A DNA stretch of 53,561 nt. Origin: Candidatus Asbonarchaeum danakilense (GTDB lineage Archaea; Nanohalarchaeota; Nanosalinia; Nanosalinales; Nanoanaerosalinaceae). The translations under genes and the position numbers were made by a program. The stretch is taken from NCBI GenBank assembly GCA_034190465.1, contig JAXINV010000003.1, positions 46,047 to 99,607 of the forward strand, read 5' to 3'. Shown here in pieces: positions 1 through 7,927 of the stretch. How positions within the stretch are numbered: position 1 is the stretch's first letter; every line of letters starts with the position of its first letter. The notes under the pieces were generated by a model. That model was not told where the DNA came from and did not search any database. It saw nothing but the letters and a program-made list of their open reading frames with translations.

Positions 1-173
1 TTCCCATCGTTCTCCGGCACGTCCGTCAGGAACCTGTACATCAGGTGCGGCGAATGCACATTGACATCGTGCTCCTCCAGCACATCCCAGAACTCCTCCA
101 GGAACGCCTTCTTCTCCTCATTCGCCTTCTGCGGGTTGATCGAGATCGGCCCGGCGAAATACACGTTCTTCAT
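1..173 (-). CDS. nucleoside 2-deoxyribosyltransferase-like protein, N-terminal fragment (gene runs off the window start)
   Basis: Not in the ORF track (only 57 codons before the edge). Minus-strand ATG at 173-171 with GGAGGTG 7 nt upstream. Translates MKNVYFAGPISINPQKANEEKKAFLEEFWDVLEEHDVNVHSPHLMYRF... The VYFAGPI start is typical of NDT/Rcl-fold proteins. ATGA start/stop overlap with the deoC-like stop (170-172). Confidence 0.45.
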   Translation of the reverse strand, partial: MKNVYFAGPISINPQKANEEKKAFLEEFWDVLEEHDVNVHSPHLMYRFLTDVPENDG

Positions 174-865
174 CGTGCCTCACCTCCAGCGATGGCGACA
201 CCGCGCAACGCACCGATACGGAACCGCTCCGGATCAGGGTCGAACCCCGAGGCCTCAAGCATCCTGGACGCCTCCTCCGCATCCTTGATACCGCCAGACG
301 CCTTGATACCCGTCCCCGCATCCAGCTCAGCCAGCGTCTCCGCCATCAGCTCGACGTCATCGGCACGGGCGCCATGGACGCCAAAGCCTGTCGACGTCGC
401 GATGAAATCAGCATCCGCCTTCACCGCCGCCCGGTACGCCTGCACCTTCTCAGCATCCGTCAGATTACAGTTCTCACAGACCACCTTCAGCGTCGTCCCC
501 GGGACCGCCTCACGGACAGCCCGGAGATCCTCCACGGCCTCCACGAGCCGTTCATCCCGGATGTAGCCCTGATTGATCGGGACCTCAATCTCATCCGCGC
601 CATCGGCGACCGCTTCCTCCGCCTCACCGGCCTTAACCCTCGTCACGCAGCGTCCGTGGGAGAATCCAGTGACAGCACAGACCGCCACATCCCGCCCAAG
701 GCGGTCAGCAGCGAACGCGACATCCCCACCGTACACACAGACCGAGGCGAACCCGTACCGCTCAGCCGCATCGCACAGCTCCGCAAGATCGTCGCTCCGT
801 GCATCCGGATACAGGTTCGTGTGGTCGATCAACGGTGCCAGTTGCTCAGATCTATCGTCATCCAT
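170..865 (-). CDS. deoC: deoxyribose-phosphate aldolase (DeoC/DERA) family protein with atypical active site
   Basis: IDHTNL, LKVVCENCNL, ADFIATSTGF and GIKASGGI line up with DERA motifs, but the Schiff-base Lys is Ala. ATG 865 has GAGGTG about 9 nt upstream. The track start at 880 is GTG. Confidence 0.75.
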   Translation of the reverse strand: MDDDRSEQLAPLIDHTNLYPDARSDDLAELCDAAERYGFASVCVYGGDVAFAADRLGRDVAVCAVTGFSHGRCVTRVKAGEAEEAVADGADEIEVPINQGYIRDERLVEAVEDLRAVREAVPGTTLKVVCENCNLTDAEKVQAYRAAVKADADFIATSTGFGVHGARADDVELMAETLAELDAGTGIKASGGIKDAEEASRMLEASGFDPDPERFRIGALRGVAIAGGEAR

Positions 866-1847
866 CCCCGTACACCTCACGCAGCGCCTTCAGGCATTCC
901 TCCTCACTGTTGAACTCCCTTTCACAGTTGAAGTCCGTGAACGGCCCGGCATGGCCTTCCGGCTTGATGATCCACACCGGCTTGCCCGTCCGGGACGCAT
1001 AATTGACCTCGTACTCCACGCCCGAGGAATACACCATCTCCGGAAAGTTCACGATCACCATATCCGCCTGATCGATGAACTGCTGGTCACGCTTCACCGT
1101 ATGGTTGTTGATCAGCTCAGCGATCCTTTCGTTCTCGAAGTCCCGGACATCGATCTCAATCGGGTCGAACACCACCGCATCGTCCCGAAGCTCCTCCACA
1201 TACTCCTGCACATCGTCCAGCGTCTCCCTGTCCAGGTTCGTGATCGGGAAGCTCTGGTACACCTTCGGCAGGTGGTCGTTGAACACGATGTTGTACAGCG
1301 ACTCCGCTGGATGCTGTCGGGCCAGCACGTAGAACGGGCGGCGATGGAAATCAGACAGGATGCGGTTCGTGTACCGCTCCACCTCCTGCCAGCGGATCAC
1401 CTCCTCCAGCGACGGCTTCCGCTCCTCCGGCAGCTCCTCGTTCTCCTGCAGCCGGTCCTTGATGTCCGGCTCATAGTCGATGATCTGGATGTAGACATCA
1501 GGATCCAGCTCCTGCAGATAGCTCGTATTGATAGCCGGTTCAGGGCCGTTCTTCACCCAGAACGACGCATGCGCGTCCAGCACATGTACCGTATCCTCGT
1601 CATCAGGGTTGATCTCCGACGAGATCGACTCGAACGCAGCTGCACGCCACGCATTCACCGTGGATTCAGGGAAGCCCATCAGATCGTACTTGCCGAGATC
1701 CGGGTAGTCCTTCCGCCCGATCTCCAGGATCTTCGACCCCAGATCATGGATCTCGATATCCTTACCCTTCTCCTCGCAGAGCCGTTCGAACTTCTCCAGG
1801 TACTCCTTCTCACCACAGCCAGCGATCCCATTGGAAAAGACGAGCAT
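858..1847 (-). CDS. fusion protein: archaeal adenylate-kinase-like domain with degenerate P-loop plus nucleoside 2-deoxyribosyltransferase-like C-terminal domain
   Basis: N-terminal GIAGCGEKE and LDAHASFWVKNG..LDPDVYIQIIDYEPD resemble AdkA (GxPGxGKST, DTHA..PD.I). The C-terminal KVYQSFPIT ... ADMVIVNFPEMVYSSGVEYEVNYA resembles the NDT motif (DSGTxxExGYA). TATA (rc GTTTAAAA, 1867-1874) lies 20-27 nt upstream of ATG 1847. Overlaps deoC by 8 nt. Confidence 0.5.
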   Translation of the reverse strand: MLVFSNGIAGCGEKEYLEKFERLCEEKGKDIEIHDLGSKILEIGRKDYPDLGKYDLMGFPESTVNAWRAAAFESISSEINPDDEDTVHVLDAHASFWVKNGPEPAINTSYLQELDPDVYIQIIDYEPDIKDRLQENEELPEERKPSLEEVIRWQEVERYTNRILSDFHRRPFYVLARQHPAESLYNIVFNDHLPKVYQSFPITNLDRETLDDVQEYVEELRDDAVVFDPIEIDVRDFENERIAELINNHTVKRDQQFIDQADMVIVNFPEMVYSSGVEYEVNYASRTGKPVWIIKPEGHAGPFTDFNCEREFNSEEECLKALREVYGDG

Positions 1848-1915
1848 GGTATTACACGATAATACCTTTTAAACTGGTGGTTTAAATCGGTTTGTGCAGG
1901 TAACAGCCAGCCACC

Positions 1916-3370
1916 TCACTGGATGTAGTCCGTCGTCGCCGGATCGAGCTCGTCCGCATCGACGTCGTAGACCTCATCAAGTTTCTGCTCGAACCGCTCC
2001 CAGTCGATCTCGTCTGCAACCTCCTCGCCGGGCGCGGGCGGCTCCTCATCCGGGTCAAGTTCCTCCAGCGCGTACTCCATCGCGGTCTCCTTCACGACCG
2101 CCTCAATCCGGGCACCGCTGTTGACCGCCTGGTACTCCTCATCGCCGAACACCGTCTCGACGATCCGGTCCGCATATTCTTCCGGAGCGCCGTTCGCGAC
2201 CGCGAGCTCGCGGGACGCCTCCTTGTCCGGCTGCGGCACGTGGACCTTCTCCATCCGTCCAGGTCGGAGCAGCGCATCGTCGACCTTGTCCACCTGGTTC
2301 GTCGTGCCGACGACGTTCACATCGGCGTCCTCCTTCAACCCGTCAAGCTCGGCAAGCAGCTGGCCGACGATCCGTTCACTGGAACCGGTATCATCGTTGA
2401 CATCAGCACGGTCGACAGCGAGCGCATCCAGCTCATCGATCATAACAAGCGACGGCGCCGATTCCCGGGCCTTGTCAAAGATCTCACGCACCTGTTCCGG
2501 TGCATCGCCGACGTACCGGCTGACCAGTTCAGGCCCCTCGACCTTGATCAGCGACCGGTCCTCCTCGTTCGCCATCGCCTGCACCGTCATCGTCTTTCCA
2601 GTACCCGGCGGCCCGTAGAGCAACGCGCCCGTCGATTTGTCGATATCCCATTCCTCGAACATCTCCGGATGCTGCTCCTGCAGCACCGTCTTCCGCCGGA
2701 GCTTGCTGATCTGGTCGTCCAGCCCGATCACGTCCTCATAGCCGACGTCCGGGAGGTCATCCTTGACCTCGAACCCTGTCTCCTTCTCATCCGGCATCGC
2801 GTGGACACCGCGGATCGCGCCGCCGTTGGCATCGACCTCGACCTCAGCGCCCTCGACCAGCTGCGTGTACAGATCCTCGCCGAGAGGGACCTTGTAGGCC
2901 TCCTTCGCCTGCACGTCAGGATCCAGCCAGGCAGCGTAGCCGGTATCGGTGTTCTCATCCTCGACAAGCTCATCGACCGTCGCCTTGTTCACCTCATCCG
3001 ACTGGTACTGCTCCACCTGGTTCTCCAGCATCTCGACCTTCATCTCCAGCTTCTCGACCTCGTCCTCCGTATAGCCGTTGACCGTCGCCTCGACCGATTC
3101 CTCGGCCGACTCGCCGGCGCTTCTCTCGGCAGCGATCTGCATCTCGGTCTCACCCGTGTCCTGCGCACTCTTATAATCTGACAACAGACCCTTCGCCTGG
3201 TTCATCGAGGAGACCTCGTAGGAATCATCGTCGAACTCCATCTCGATAGTGAAATCGTCCGCAGTCTCCGATAGCCCCTTCACATAGTCCGACTGCTCTC
3301 TGAATTCCTCAGCGCTTTCATACATCTCCTCCTCGCCGTCTGCCGTCACACGGATTGCATCAAGTTCCAT
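1916..3370 (-). CDS. AAA+ ATPase with PAN-like layout (acidic N-extension, coiled coil, OB-like segment, one AAA domain)
   Basis: Walker A LLYGPPGTGKT, Walker B LVMIDELDA, second region VDDALLRPGRMEK. Heptad-rich EVEKLEMKVEMLENQVEQYQ precedes PDVGYEDVIGLDDQI. GAGGTG lies 7 nt upstream of ATG 3370. Confidence 0.8.
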   Translation of the reverse strand: MELDAIRVTADGEEEMYESAEEFREQSDYVKGLSETADDFTIEMEFDDDSYEVSSMNQAKGLLSDYKSAQDTGETEMQIAAERSAGESAEESVEATVNGYTEDEVEKLEMKVEMLENQVEQYQSDEVNKATVDELVEDENTDTGYAAWLDPDVQAKEAYKVPLGEDLYTQLVEGAEVEVDANGGAIRGVHAMPDEKETGFEVKDDLPDVGYEDVIGLDDQISKLRRKTVLQEQHPEMFEEWDIDKSTGALLYGPPGTGKTMTVQAMANEEDRSLIKVEGPELVSRYVGDAPEQVREIFDKARESAPSLVMIDELDALAVDRADVNDDTGSSERIVGQLLAELDGLKEDADVNVVGTTNQVDKVDDALLRPGRMEKVHVPQPDKEASRELAVANGAPEEYADRIVETVFGDEEYQAVNSGARIEAVVKETAMEYALEELDPDEEPPAPGEEVADEIDWERFEQKLDEVYDVDADELDPATTDYIQ

Positions 3371-3454
3371 CGGTTGGCACCTCAGCGTAGCGTTACTCCT
3401 TGCGCATAATCAACAGAACGACGCTTATAAATGTAATCCGAACAGGTTGGCATC

Positions 3455-3468
3455 TTTACAAATGTAAA
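3455..3468. promoter_or_regulatory. inverted repeat TTTACA-AA-TGTAAA (copy 1)
   Basis: Lies in the 233-nt divergent spacer between AAA ATPase 1 and ORF 3604. The same half-sites recur at 45757-45770. Confidence 0.35.
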
Positions 3469-3603
3469 TTACAGATCGTCGCTGAGTTCGGCTTCCAAAA
3501 CATCCGGACAGAAACACGGACGCCAGATGCCCCATAGACATTAAACCAGACGAGGGAACACACGTATATTCTTAACTGTATCCCCCGGCAGTGTGACACA
3601 GCC

Positions 3604-3975
3604 ATGGAATCGATCGAACTTGAGGACCTCGGAGACTTGCTGGACGGGGACATGGACCCCGGCGAGCGCGTCCTGTTCGACGGCCGGATCAAAGTCATCG
3701 GGGACAGGGGAAGCGATCTCCGGTTCCAGTACGACGGTGAGATCGAAATCGCCCACGAACGTATCGGCGGCTACGATTTCACAAGCCAACACGACTACTT
3801 CCTCGACGGAGACGACGTCCTGTACCCGATCACGACAGAAGAATCCGGAGCCACGTACAGGGACTCCAAACCAGTCTCCCCGCATTCAAAGGGCTGTTCC
3901 GAACGTCTGACCGTGGAGCTGGACGAGCCGGATGCCCGGCTCATCATCGAGGACTACGACAGGATCGCGTACTGA
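3604..3975 (+). CDS. hypothetical acidic protein (123 aa)
   Basis: Acidic, GC3-rich ORF. TATA-like GTATATTC (3563-3570) lies about 35-40 nt upstream of ATG 3604. No recognisable motif. Confidence 0.55.
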   Translation: MESIELEDLGDLLDGDMDPGERVLFDGRIKVIGDRGSDLRFQYDGEIEIAHERIGGYDFTSQHDYFLDGDDVLYPITTEESGATYRDSKPVSPHSKGCSERLTVELDEPDARLIIEDYDRIAY

Positions 3976-4082
3976 GCTGGACCAGCGCCACCGGACGGCT
4001 AAGCCAACAGCGGTCGAAGGGCGCAGTCGCCGCCATGTCGAATTTAAAGTGTCGACGACCACACAACGTTCCAGGAGATACC

Positions 4083-4706
4083 ATGATGGTGACAACGCAC
4101 GCAGTCATCGGCCTCCTCATCGGCACCGGGGCCGCAGCAGTCCTGCCCGGCACCGTCCAGATCCTCGCCCTGGCCGGCATCATCGGCGGCATCCTTCCCG
4201 ATCTTGACATCTTGTTCCAGCACCGGAAGACGCTGCATTTCCCGATCTTCTACTCCATGATCGCCCTCCTGAGCACCGGTGGCGCCCTCTGGCAGCCGGG
4301 GACCGCTACCACCGCTACAGCCACCTTCATCACCGCAGCCGCCATCCACTCCCTCATGGACATCTTCGGCGGCGACCTCACCCAGGAACCGTGGAAACAG
4401 CAGGGCTACCGCGGCGTCTACGACCATGTCAGACAGGACTGGATCCATGCACGGCGCCGCATCCCCTACGACGGCGCTCCAAACGACCTCGCCGTATTCC
4501 TCGCCATCACCGCCCCACTGCTCCTCCACTACACCGGCCCCATCCAGTACATCCTCATCGTCCTGACGACCATCTCCCTCACCTACACCGCGTTCCGGAA
4601 AGACTTCGTCGCACTGTTCCCCGACGCCCTCATCGGCGGCACCTTCATCACCATCCTCGGCCGGCGGTGCAGGGACCGGCTCCTGGGACGGCAGAAGACC
4701 TTTTAA
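4083..4706 (+). CDS. membrane-bound metal-dependent hydrolase (YdjM/DUF457-like)
   Basis: MMVTTHAVIGLLIG...GGILPDLDI matches the DUF457 N-terminal His/PDxD pattern, and the protein has several TM helices. TTTAAA (4043-4048) lies 35-40 nt upstream of ATG 4083. The track start at 4035 is rejected. Confidence 0.6.
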   Translation: MMVTTHAVIGLLIGTGAAAVLPGTVQILALAGIIGGILPDLDILFQHRKTLHFPIFYSMIALLSTGGALWQPGTATTATATFITAAAIHSLMDIFGGDLTQEPWKQQGYRGVYDHVRQDWIHARRRIPYDGAPNDLAVFLAITAPLLLHYTGPIQYILIVLTTISLTYTAFRKDFVALFPDALIGGTFITILGRRCRDRLLGRQKTF

Positions 4707-4729
4707 CGTCCCGCGAGAAAACTGTACCG

Positions 4730-6169
4730 ATGCGCAAGACCAAGGTCGTCGCCACCATCGGCCCCGCCTCAGACAGCCAGGAACGGCTGCAGCAGCTTGC
4801 CGACGCCGGCATGGACGTCGCACGGCAGAACTTCTCCCACGGCACCCACACAGACCACAAGAAGATCAAACAGCGGGTCGACGACCTCGACGGCAGCGTC
4901 GCCACCATGGTCGACACACAGGGCCCCGAGATCCGGCTCGGACAGGTCCGCGACGACACCGAGCTCGACGAGGACGATGAAGTCCAGCTCGTCCCAGGCG
5001 GCGACTTCGAAGGCAACCAAGACAGACTCCCAGTCCCGTACGAAGACCTGCTCGACTACCTCCAGCCCGGCGACACCGTCCTCATCGACGACGGCAACGT
5101 CGAGCTCGAGGTCGACAGCATCGACGATGTCGCGCACTGCACCGTCATCTACGGCGGTCTCGTCTCCACCAAGAAATCAGTCAACGTCCCCGGCAAAGAC
5201 CTCGGACTGCGTGCCCCGACCGACAAAGACCTCAAAGACATCCGGTTCGGTGCCGAGCACGACTTTGACTTCCTCTCCGTCTCGTTCGTCAAATACGCCG
5301 AAGACCTGGAACGGATACAGGAGATACTCGACGAAAAAGACAGCCAGATGGACATCATCGCCAAGATCGAGCACAAGAAAGCGGTTGACAACTTCGACGA
5401 GATACTGGACATCGCCGACGGTATCATGGTCGCACGGGGCGACCTCGGCGTCGAGACACCGGCCTCAGAGGTCCCCATGCTCCAGAAAAAGATCATCAAG
5501 CAGTGCAACCAGGCCGGTAAGCCCGTCATCACCGCCACCCAGATGCTGAAGACCATGACAAAGAGCCCACAGGCAAGCCGTGCCGAGGTATCAGACGTCG
5601 CCAACGCCGTCATCGACGGGACCGACGCCGTCATGCTCTCAGAGGAGACAGCCGTCGGCGACTACCCCGTCAAATCCCTTGCATTCATGGCCGAGGTTGT
5701 CAGCAAGGTCGAGGAATCCCTCAGCGACCAGGTCCACCACACCGTCAAGGAGCGAAGCCGCGACATCGAGGACATCATCTGCAAGAACATCTGGCAGGCC
5801 TCGCGCGAGACCGACGCACGGTACATCATCGCGCACACCTCCTCCGGCTATACGGCGGGGCACATCGCCAAGTTCCGGCCCGGCACCGACATCATCGCAC
5901 TGACCGATTCCAAGAAAGTCGAACGGCAGCTGAACCTCGTCTGGGGCGTCAAGGCCCTCTACACCGAATTCCCCGACAGCGTCGACGAGATGATCGCCGG
6001 ATCAGCCAGCTTCCTCAAAGAACGCGACCTCGTCGATGACAGCGACATTTTGATCCTCAGCGCCGGCGTCCCGACCTCTGTCTCGGGCACAACCAACATG
6101 ATGGAGATCAGAACCGTCAAGAGCCTGCTCCAGGAGAAAGAAGACATCGACAGGCGGAAAGACACGTGA
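4730..6169 (+). CDS. pyk: pyruvate kinase
   Basis: MRKTKVVATIGPAS...ARQNFSHG...MVARGDLGVE...TQMLKTM are canonical PK motifs. The in-frame upstream extension to 4391 is Pro/Arg-rich shadow. Confidence 0.9.
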   Translation: MRKTKVVATIGPASDSQERLQQLADAGMDVARQNFSHGTHTDHKKIKQRVDDLDGSVATMVDTQGPEIRLGQVRDDTELDEDDEVQLVPGGDFEGNQDRLPVPYEDLLDYLQPGDTVLIDDGNVELEVDSIDDVAHCTVIYGGLVSTKKSVNVPGKDLGLRAPTDKDLKDIRFGAEHDFDFLSVSFVKYAEDLERIQEILDEKDSQMDIIAKIEHKKAVDNFDEILDIADGIMVARGDLGVETPASEVPMLQKKIIKQCNQAGKPVITATQMLKTMTKSPQASRAEVSDVANAVIDGTDAVMLSEETAVGDYPVKSLAFMAEVVSKVEESLSDQVHHTVKERSRDIEDIICKNIWQASRETDARYIIAHTSSGYTAGHIAKFRPGTDIIALTDSKKVERQLNLVWGVKALYTEFPDSVDEMIAGSASFLKERDLVDDSDILILSAGVPTSVSGTTNMMEIRTVKSLLQEKEDIDRRKDT

Positions 6170-6409
6170 TCACTCGTTCCCGAAATCGTGCTGGATATCG
6201 TCCTTCCCCGCCTTCTGCACCACGATCATACCTTCGCGGACACGGACGAAGACCTCGTCACCGATCTCCAGCCCGGCCGCCTCCAGCTCATCCTTGTGGA
6301 TGTTCAGGTGTGCGTTGTTGTAGTTCCCGTCGCTGTCCTTCGCGCCCGACGGACTCAATTTCTTCTTCCTGACCACTGCAGCAACCCTGTACCACAACGT
6401 TGGGACCAT
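6170..6409 (-). CDS. AbrB/SpoVT-like small DNA-binding protein (start uncertain: ATG 6409 or GTG 6376)
   Basis: RKKKLSPSG...YNNAHLNIHKDELEAAGLEIGDEVFVRVREGMIVVQK fits the swapped-hairpin AbrB pattern (RKvq.sG...lpk.....gl..GD.v.v). Lies directly downstream of the PiT gene. Confidence 0.45.
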   Translation of the reverse strand: MVPTLWYRVAAVVRKKKLSPSGAKDSDGNYNNAHLNIHKDELEAAGLEIGDEVFVRVREGMIVVQKAGKDDIQHDFGNE

Positions 6410-6453
6410 CCACACTTAAAAACTACCGGCCAGCCTAGCCCTCCGCTGAGCGA

Positions 6454-7512
6454 CTACAGCAGGCCCAGCACCATCGCCCCACGGAACACCGCAAACGCCA
6501 GCAGACCAGCGATGAGCGGTGTCAGCATCCAGGCAGCGATGACACGGCGCGTAATCGCCGTATCGTACAGATCCAACTCATCCTCCTCACGGCGCCTCCG
6601 GTCCTCCTCCGTCCTTTCCTCGATACCAATCTCGTGACTCAGGGGCACCCGCCTCGTCGCCCGGCCCCAGCCGAGCCCGATGACACACATCGTCGCACTG
6701 ATCGCCAGGCTCGCCGGGATGCCCGCCTGACTCAGCAGCGTGATGATCGTCGCCGCGATCAGCTCAACGATCAGCGCCGCCTCCAGCGTCAGACTGGTCA
6801 CCTCCTCACCGATCGTCTCCATCGTCCGGGACCCCAGCAGGAACGCACCGGCACCGATCGCCAGCCCCGCCAGCACAACACCCTGCGTCATCCCGAGCAC
6901 ATCGGAGCCGACCAGCGGCGCCACAGCGTTCGCAGCGTTCGACGCACCCGCCGAGAACGCCATGTAGCAACCTACACCCAGGACCAGCACCTTCGCCCCC
7001 GTGTTCCGGCTGGCGCTTTCGAATTGCAGCACCTCAACGATCCTGTCGTACAGGTAGCGGCCGATCACCGCAGAGATCCAGAACGCCACGATGGCGGAGA
7101 AAACCCACCACATCGCCACTCTTCCCAGCAGCGACCAGTCAAGCACACCGAGGGCCGCCCCCATGCCGACGATCGCACCGACAGCAGTCTCACTCGTGCT
7201 GACCGACACCTTGAGGATGTTGCCGACCAGGATACCGATCCCCGTGAACAGCAGCACCGCGATCGACGCCGTCAGCGTGAAGTACCGGGGCTCGACGAAC
7301 CCCTCACCCAGCGTCTCCACGACGTGGGGGCCGACGATCACACCGCCCAGCATCGCGAACACGGCCATCAGCACCGCCGCCTTGCGCTTGGAGATGATAT
7401 TGCTCCCTGTCGCCGGGCCGAACGCCACACCGGTCGACGAGCCACCGATATTGACCCCGACGAACACAGCGACAAGGATACCGATACCGAAAAACAGGGC
7501 CTCCATACCCAT
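6454..7512 (-). CDS. pit: inorganic phosphate transporter, PiT (PHO4) family
   Basis: GVNIGGSSTGVAFGPATGS and GASNAANAVAPLVG repeats, about 10 TM helices. Confidence 0.85.
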   Translation of the reverse strand: MGMEALFFGIGILVAVFVGVNIGGSSTGVAFGPATGSNIISKRKAAVLMAVFAMLGGVIVGPHVVETLGEGFVEPRYFTLTASIAVLLFTGIGILVGNILKVSVSTSETAVGAIVGMGAALGVLDWSLLGRVAMWWVFSAIVAFWISAVIGRYLYDRIVEVLQFESASRNTGAKVLVLGVGCYMAFSAGASNAANAVAPLVGSDVLGMTQGVVLAGLAIGAGAFLLGSRTMETIGEEVTSLTLEAALIVELIAATIITLLSQAGIPASLAISATMCVIGLGWGRATRRVPLSHEIGIEERTEEDRRRREEDELDLYDTAITRRVIAAWMLTPLIAGLLAFAVFRGAMVLGLL

Positions 7513-7553
7513 CACCTACAGAAATGAAAGAAAAACGGTCGTGACCCGCCCGA

Positions 7554-7766
7554 TCAACCGGGCAGGCTTCCAGACTGTTCCTGAAGCAGTTTGCCGCCAA
7601 CAGGAGCGTTCGCAAACATCCCCTGATACATTAGACCGGCAGCCATCAGCGAACCACTCATCAACGTTTGACTCAGGGACAGAGAAGTCACAGCCCCCAT
7701 GAGCGCCCCTGCAGTAAGACAGGCCGGAATCCCCAGAAGAATCTTGTCGTAGTATTCCATCGTCAT
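7554..7766 (-). CDS. small two-TM membrane protein
   Basis: MTMEYYDKILLGIPACLTAGALMGAV... followed by a second hydrophobic segment. An AT-rich promoter region lies immediately upstream. Confidence 0.45.
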   Translation of the reverse strand: MTMEYYDKILLGIPACLTAGALMGAVTSLSLSQTLMSGSLMAAGLMYQGMFANAPVGGKLLQEQSGSLPG

Positions 7767-7927
7767 TTAACCTAATTAGATATTGTTAATTAACAATTAA
7801 AAACCTTCCGGGATCATCGCTGTTTTATCTACATAACTTATGCATATTCAATCCTGCAGACAGAGGCGCAACCCGTGAGCTTTTTTATCCGAGCAGCCCG
7901 CACCTTGAGACAGAGAGGGATCCGCGC

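Noticed and set aside
573-1862. Long alternative-frame and antisense ORFs throughout the window. Examples: 573-1862 (+), 2240-3181 (+), 25788-26882 (-), 37965-39488 (+), 42822-43925 (+), 47619-48662 (+), 49550-50425 (-), 50952-52160 (+), 52547-53368 (-).
   Set aside because: Their translations are Arg/Pro/Ser/His-rich and low complexity, unlike the acidic proteome. Each lies opposite to or out of frame with a gene that has clear family motifs. They are typical shadow ORFs of GC-rich DNA.
1916-1930. HbYX proteasome-docking tail on AAA ATPase 1.
   Set aside because: The C-terminus is ...TDYIQ, so Tyr is at position -3 rather than penultimate. The motif is absent.
3432-3560. Small ORF or ncRNA in the long spacer upstream of ORF 3604 (for example a 31-codon minus-strand ORF from GTG 3517).
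   Set aside because: The ORF is AT-rich and non-acidic, and has no convincing promoter or start geometry. No conserved RNA structure was evident by eye.
4391-4729. N-terminal extensions of track ORFs: pyk from 4391, dinB from 11536, rnz from 37950, the methyltransferase from 38881, rnp4 from 40182, the hydrolase from 35291, XPB from 45705, and others.
   Set aside because: The extensions are basic or Pro-rich, overlap upstream genes or promoters, and often begin at TTG/GTG. Family N-termini and the TATA/SD spacing support the internal starts given in the features.
7767-7860. AT-rich stretch as a replication origin or DNA-unwinding element.
   Set aside because: There are no ORB-like repeats and no cdc6/orc1 gene in the window. 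The region is fully explained as a divergent promoter.
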